From NCBI GenBank assembly GCA_963848565.1, contig CAWKEQ010000006.1, forward strand, positions 16,666 to 80,665: 64,000 nt of DNA, written 5' to 3'. The translations under genes and the position numbers were made by a program. The notes under the pieces are model-generated. The model worked only from the letters and a program-made list of their open reading frames with translations, ran no database searches and was not told where the DNA came from. Origin of the DNA: an uncultured delta proteobacterium (GTDB lineage: Bacteria > Desulfobacterota > Desulfobaccia > Desulfobaccales > 0-14-0-80-60-11). Below are positions 60,187 through 64,000 of this stretch, piece after piece (within the stretch, counting starts at the first letter, position 1; each line of letters begins with the position of its first letter).

Positions 60187-60405
60187 TTACTCCGCTTCGG
60201 GTTCCGGCAGGGCTTTCAAGGGGGTAGTGGGCACGATTTTAGCCGCGGCGATTTCCCGCAGGGCCATGACGATTTCTTTGTTGTCCCCTTTGACCAAAAC
60301 CGGCGCCCCGCGAAAGATTTGGCGCACCCGCTTGGCCGCCAGGTGGATCAGGCCGAAGCGAGTCGGTACTTGTTCCAGGCAGTCTTCAATAGTAACCCGG
60401 GCCAT
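60187..60405 (-). CDS. rpoZ: DNA-directed RNA polymerase subunit omega
   Basis: 72-aa ORF; MARVTIEDCL…RFGLIHLAAKRVRQI. Confidence 0.9.
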   Translation of the reverse strand: MARVTIEDCLEQVPTRFGLIHLAAKRVRQIFRGAPVLVKGDNKEIVMALREIAAAKIVPTTPLKALPEPEAE

Positions 60406-60553
60406 AAACGGTCTCCGCTGTAAGTTGGATCGCAGGCGATGACCAGAACCCGGCTCATCTCGATTCCCCGCGTAACCTATATATTTACCTTTTTTTTACG
60501 GCCCTGTCAAAGGGAGGGTCGAGCCTGATCCTGATCTTGCCCTCCCAGGCGGC

Positions 60554-60827
60554 TCAGCCCGGCTTCCGGGGCGTAAGCAAATCTTCCAATTCGGCTGATA
60601 ATTGGGTCACCTGCACCGCCAGGTTGACGCATTTCTTTCCCGCCAGACAATCGTCGGCATCTTTCTGGTCCAGATAAGCCCCCACGGTTTCGCCGGACTT
60701 GCTGAGTTTGAGGGCGTAACGTTTGCCGGCTTCGTCCCACGAGACGCTTAACTCGATGTTATTCTGCTCAATTTCAGGATGATATTCCCGGATCTTGGCA
60801 ATAACGCGGCTAATGTGCTCGGTTCAT
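60554..60827 (-). pseudogene. small conserved-looking protein (about 90 aa) whose frame breaks after codon 2
   Basis: ATG at 60827 with a GGGGA RBS reads MN, then hits a stop. The +1 frame gives EHISRVIAKIREYHPEIEQNNIELSVSWDEAGKRYALKLSKSGETVGAYLDQKDADDCLAGKKCVNLAVQVTQLSAELEDLLTPRKPG*. The span is 274 nt (3n+1), and the ORF is not in the track because it has no in-frame start. Confidence 0.5.
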
Positions 60828-60945
60828 GTCGTTCCCCTTTTTCGCCTGCAACGGACTCGGGATTAGGCAACTATTTTCCTTGAATTCCCTGAGAACGTTA
60901 CCGATTTCGCGGCCCACCTGACCGCATCCGATGTCCTGCATACAT

Positions 60946-61236
60946 TCATCGGCGCATAAGTATGGAGTCCCGGCCCTTTTCTCCGGCCAGGCGCACGAAC
61001 TCCAGTTGGTCGCCCTGCTTCAGGATATAGGCCGCGGCCACGTCCCGGCCGTTCACCAGGGCCAGGGCCCGGGGGTCGATGTTCAATGGCTCTTTCAAGG
61101 ATTGGCGTACCTCACTGACGGATTTTCCGGCGATGGCCGCCTCCAGATTATGGACCCCGTAGCTGATCTTGACCATACCTGAACGGGCCGGGGTCGGCTG
61201 GTTCATCCGGGTCAAATCTTTCAATTGGGCGCTCAT
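60946..61236 (-). CDS. ThiS/MoaD-like beta-grasp (ubiquitin-like) protein, tentative
   Basis: 96-aa ORF; …SVSEVRQSL…ALVNGRDVAAAYILKQGDQLEFVRLAGEKG plus an 8-aa tail; the ATG overlaps the stop of the upstream Zn-ribbon ORF (ATGA). Confidence 0.55.
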   Translation of the reverse strand: MSAQLKDLTRMNQPTPARSGMVKISYGVHNLEAAIAGKSVSEVRQSLKEPLNIDPRALALVNGRDVAAAYILKQGDQLEFVRLAGEKGRDSILMRR

Positions 61237-61421
61237 GAGACCTCATTCTTTGACCGGCCCGGGCGGTGGCATTCTCCCTTGTCGGCCCGTTGATGTTGTC
61301 TGACCAATTCCCTGATATCTGCCTCAGAATAGACGCGGCCGCACCCCGGGCAGCCGATTTCCATCCCGGTTCACGTGGGGGTGAAGACGATACTGGCTCT
61401 ATGGCAATAAACGCATTTCAT
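61233..61421 (-). CDS. Zn-ribbon peptide (62 codons) interrupted by an in-frame TGA at codon 17
   Basis: MKCVYCHRASIVFTPT-TGA-TGMEIGCPGCGRVYSEADIRELVRQHQRADKGECHRPGRSKNEVS. The start is 4 nt after the upstream stop and the stop overlaps the next ATG. The alternative short ORF from ATG 61364 carries only one CxxC pair. Confidence 0.45.
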
Positions 61422-61425
61422 CCGG

Positions 61426-62178
61426 CTAAAAATAGGCGGAAAGCTTCGGGAGGGTGTCGTCGACCTGGCGACACTCCCTCAGGAGTCCATTGATATACAG
61501 CCAGGTTAGGCTCATGAGCAATTCCGGGGCGTACTTCCGGGCCCCGTGACTGTCAAAGGCCATCTCGGAGCCGGCCGGGCCGTAGCTGAACCGGAAAGAC
61601 AGGTCGCCCAAAAGCGGCCAGGCCACCTCCCAGACCCCGCCGGTCTGGGCGAACGTCCCGCAATCCATCCGCCGGACGGCCACTTCCACCACTTCGGGGG
61701 TCACCTTTTCCAGGATTTCCTCCCGGACCCCCAGGGACACGTCCTGTACGGGGCCCGCCCCCTCCGGGGCAAAAGTCCCGAAAGGCAGCCACTCGGGACC
61801 GGGACCGGCGTTCTCCAGGGCAAACGTGCCTCGCCCATAGCGGGCCAGGAGGGCCACATAATCCCAGGCAAAGACGTAGGCGTCCTCGGTGGGGACCGCC
61901 AGGCTTTTCCGGGCATAAAAAACCCGGAGGTCCGTGCCGAACTCGGGGTCCTGGTCGAAGAGCAGGAACATCTCCAAGGGTCGGAAAGGCGTCACCCGCA
62001 GTACCCACTGGATGGTGGCGTAGGGGCGGCCGGCCACCAGTTCCCCCCGGAAAAGCCCGGCCAGGGCCTTGGGGTCAAGGCCGGCCAGCCCGGCCAGGTC
62101 CTGGCGGTACTTCTTGCGGACGTACTGGCGGATTTGGGCCTCCCAGCCACCGCCGGCCTCAAAATGCCCCAGAGTCAC
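61426..62178 (-). CDS. hypothetical protein (possibly DUF3786-like)
   Basis: 250-aa ORF with coding-like composition; the family assignment is from memory only and not verified. Confidence 0.6.
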   Translation of the reverse strand: MTLGHFEAGGGWEAQIRQYVRKKYRQDLAGLAGLDPKALAGLFRGELVAGRPYATIQWVLRVTPFRPLEMFLLFDQDPEFGTDLRVFYARKSLAVPTEDAYVFAWDYVALLARYGRGTFALENAGPGPEWLPFGTFAPEGAGPVQDVSLGVREEILEKVTPEVVEVAVRRMDCGTFAQTGGVWEVAWPLLGDLSFRFSYGPAGSEMAFDSHGARKYAPELLMSLTWLYINGLLRECRQVDDTLPKLSAYF

Positions 62179-62216
62179 CAGGTCGTAGGGGAAATCCAGA
62201 GAGGGGTTGTCCGGTT

Positions 62217-62606
62217 TCAGGTCTTTTTGGCCTCCACCCGTTGGTTGAACTTGGCTTCGTTGACGACAAAACGCTCGTGGACGGCCTCGCCGATCTTCTC
62301 TTTCTCGTCAAACCCTTCCACTTTAAAGGTGATTTTCCGGCCTTCCACCCGGGTAACCTCGGTGACGGCCCGGACTTCCATGCCCAGGGGGGTGGCGGCG
62401 GTATGCGAAAGGTTCATGGAGATGCCCACGGAGGTCTCTCCGGGTTCCAGGTGGGGGGCCATCAAGCTCGCGCTCACGCCCTCGAACAACCCTCCCAGAA
62501 AGGGGGTGCCGAAGACATTGGGGACTTTGGGGAAAAATTTTTGGGCGGAGTGCTCCGGGCCGGTCTTGAGCCGCATCTCGTGGGTCATGCCTACCGTTAG
62601 TGCCAT
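62217..62606 (-). CDS. hotdog-fold thioesterase (fluoroacetyl-CoA thioesterase FlK-like family)
   Basis: 129-aa ORF; …VFGTPFLGGLFE…SVGISMNLSHTAATPLGMEV…GRKITFKV…HERFVV pattern. Confidence 0.7.
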   Translation of the reverse strand: MALTVGMTHEMRLKTGPEHSAQKFFPKVPNVFGTPFLGGLFEGVSASLMAPHLEPGETSVGISMNLSHTAATPLGMEVRAVTEVTRVEGRKITFKVEGFDEKEKIGEAVHERFVVNEAKFNQRVEAKKT

Positions 62607-62654
62607 AAGACCTCCTTGAATAAATTAGCTCACCCTCTTTTTGCTCCGAGAAGA

Positions 62655-64000
62655 TTACTGCCCCCTCACCCCGGCCCGCTCCCCCATTGGGGGAGAGGGG
62701 AAAAAGATTAACTGAAACAGTGCGTTATGCTGACTAAACCCGGCGACCTCCTCTCCTTCCTCTCCCCCCGTTTTTTGGGGGGAGAGGGCTGGGGTGAGGG
62801 GGGCGTTACCCGGCGGCATAAGATACCCCGTCTCCCGGCCCGCCTTTACCGCCCGGCCTTCGGCGTCAACTCCAGCAAGGCGGCGATCTGGCCGGCCAGG
62901 TCGGCGGTTTTCTCCTCCGGCTTGTCGGTCGTGGGCGTCGAGGAATTGGGGCCGGTTTTGATATTCCGGTTTCGGCGTCACTTCGAATTCCGGCGGGAAG
63001 GAGTCTTCGAAGTACATCTGCTGGAATCCGATGAATTTCAGGTGGTGGGCGGTGGCGTCCAGGACCGGGGTTTCGTCCTTGCTCACCAGACCCTCTTGTA
63101 GGGCCGCCCTCAGGCCGGCCAGGGATTCGCCTCCCTGGGTGCAACTGATGTGCCCGTGGCGGTTGGCGAGGAGCATGGAGTCCATGATCTCCTGTTCGCT
63201 GACGTGGACCACGGCCACGCTGCCTGCCCCGGCCCGGCGGTGATACTCCTGGGCCAGGCGGATCACCCGGGGCATGGACACGGGATTGCCGATCATGGCG
63301 GCCTGGGCCACGGACGCCTGCACCGTTACCGGCACAAAGACCCGCTTGGCGGCATCGGGTTCCAGGTAGTAGCGGAACACCGGGTCGGCGTGGCGGGACT
63401 GGACCCCGATGATCCGGGGCAGGGTCTCGATAATCTTCAGGTCGTGGAGGCGCAGAAACCCCTGCATGATGGCGGTGATGTTGCCGGCGTTGCCGATGGG
63501 CACCACCACGGTTTTGTGCGCCAGATCATAGTCGAAGGTTTGGGCGATCTCATAGGCATAGGACTCCTGGCCCCGGATGCGCCAGGAGTTTTTGGAGTTG
63601 AGCAGGGCCACCTGGTAGTTGTCGGCCAGGGCCTCCACCACCTTCATGCAGTCGTCGAAGACCCCGGGGACCTCCAGGACCTTGGCGCCGCTGCCCAGGG
63701 GCTGGGCCAGCTGCTGGGGCGTGACCTTGCCGTGGGGCAGGATCACCGCGGAGGCGATCCGGTCTCCCAGGTAGGCGGAGTAAAGCGCCGCGGCCGCGGA
63801 GGTGTCGCCGGTGGAGGCGCAGATGGCCAGGATCTTGCCGGCCCCGGGCTGGCTCGCCAGGAAATTGAGGTAGCTCAAGGCCGCGGCCATGCCCCGGTCC
63901 TTGAAAGAGGCGCTGGGGTTCTGGCCGTCGTTCTTGAAATAAAAAGCCGCGCCCACCTCATTCTTAAGGTCGGCATTGGCCGCCACCTGGGGGGTGTGGC
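62655..64000 (-). CDS. thrC: threonine synthase (partial; 5' end beyond the window; 3' end uncertain)
   Basis: PLP-lysine motif NPSASFKDRGM, CASTGDTSAAAA, PIGNAGNITA. The annotated tail runs through a GC-rich palindrome; an alternative frame ends at TAA 62846..62848. Confidence 0.85.
   Translation of the reverse strand, partial: HTPQVAANADLKNEVGAAFYFKNDGQNPSASFKDRGMAAALSYLNFLASQPGAGKILAICASTGDTSAAAALYSAYLGDRIASAVILPHGKVTPQQLAQPLGSGAKVLEVPGVFDDCMKVVEALADNYQVALLNSKNSWRIRGQESYAYEIAQTFDYDLAHKTVVVPIGNAGNITAIMQGFLRLHDLKIIETLPRIIGVQSRHADPVFRYYLEPDAAKRVFVPVTVQASVAQAAMIGNPVSMPRVIRLAQEYHRRAGAGSVAVVHVSEQEIMDSMLLANRHGHISCTQGGESLAGLRAALQEGLVSKDETPVLDATAHHLKFIGFQQMYFEDSFPPEFEVTPKPEYQNRPQFLDAHDRQAGGENRRPGRPDRRLAGVDAEGRAVKAGRETGYLMPPGNAPLTPALSPQKTGGEEGEEVAGFSQHNALFQLIFFPSPPMGERAGVRGQ
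62661..62806. repeat. nested GC-rich palindromes (CCCCCTCACCCC…GGGGTGAGGGGG type)
   Basis: Two local hairpins (CTCCCCC-ATT-GGGGGAG and CTCTCCCCCC-GTTTTTT-GGGGGGAGAG); the outer arms CCCCCTCACCCCGGCCC / GGGCTGGGGTGAGGGGG are complementary. Confidence 0.65.

Overview
GC-rich (by eye) bacterial chromosomal segment. The gene content looks like an anaerobic Desulfobacterota/deltaproteobacterium-type organism: class III PHA synthase PhaEC, an octahaem HAO-like cytochrome with an NrfH-like partner, HypA plus a hydrogenase maturation protease, and an AsrAB-like Fe-S/flavin module. I support about 60 protein-coding genes and found no rRNA, tRNA or CRISPR array. Most long ORFs antisense to these genes are high-GC artefacts.

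Landmarks, in order:
- a redox module that includes a cNMP-binding protein
- two tandem amt-glnK pairs, each behind a near-consensus sigma-54 promoter, followed by a TorF-like porin
- a ROK kinase, tsaC and a Cache-HAMP class III nucleotide cyclase
- phaEC and a GAF protein
- a livFGMHK-type ABC transporter
- hao-nrfH, hemW, lepA, hypA
- a sensor kinase followed by three paralogous NarL-type receiver genes
- a Ycf46-like AAA+ ATPase, a U32-like gene, rlmH, rpoZ and thrC (runs off the 3' edge)

Irregularities:
- Several genes need frame corrections: tsaC, an F390-synthetase-like ligase, hemW (three shifts), the U32-like gene, a small gene upstream of rpoZ, and possibly the thrC 3' end. These could be gene decay or sequence error.
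- There are AT-rich islands at about 14.5 kb, 33.5-33.8 kb, 38.7-39.3 kb, 43.0-43.8 kb and 50.4-51.5 kb.
- The lepA 5' end is duplicated around a 0.74-kb insert.
- An IS1595 transposase remnant is present.
- A 175-bp MITE-like element occurs in three copies, alongside several REP-like palindrome families.

Most interesting candidates, all tentative:
- an orphan protein with a UBC/E2-like HxN...C signature paired with the tandem AAA+ ATPase
- a translationally coupled mini-operon downstream of thrC encoding a Zn-ribbon peptide with an in-frame TGA and a ThiS/MoaD-like beta-grasp protein
- a repeated AGGG-N(3-4)-CCCT regulatory module associated with the kinase/three-receiver locus
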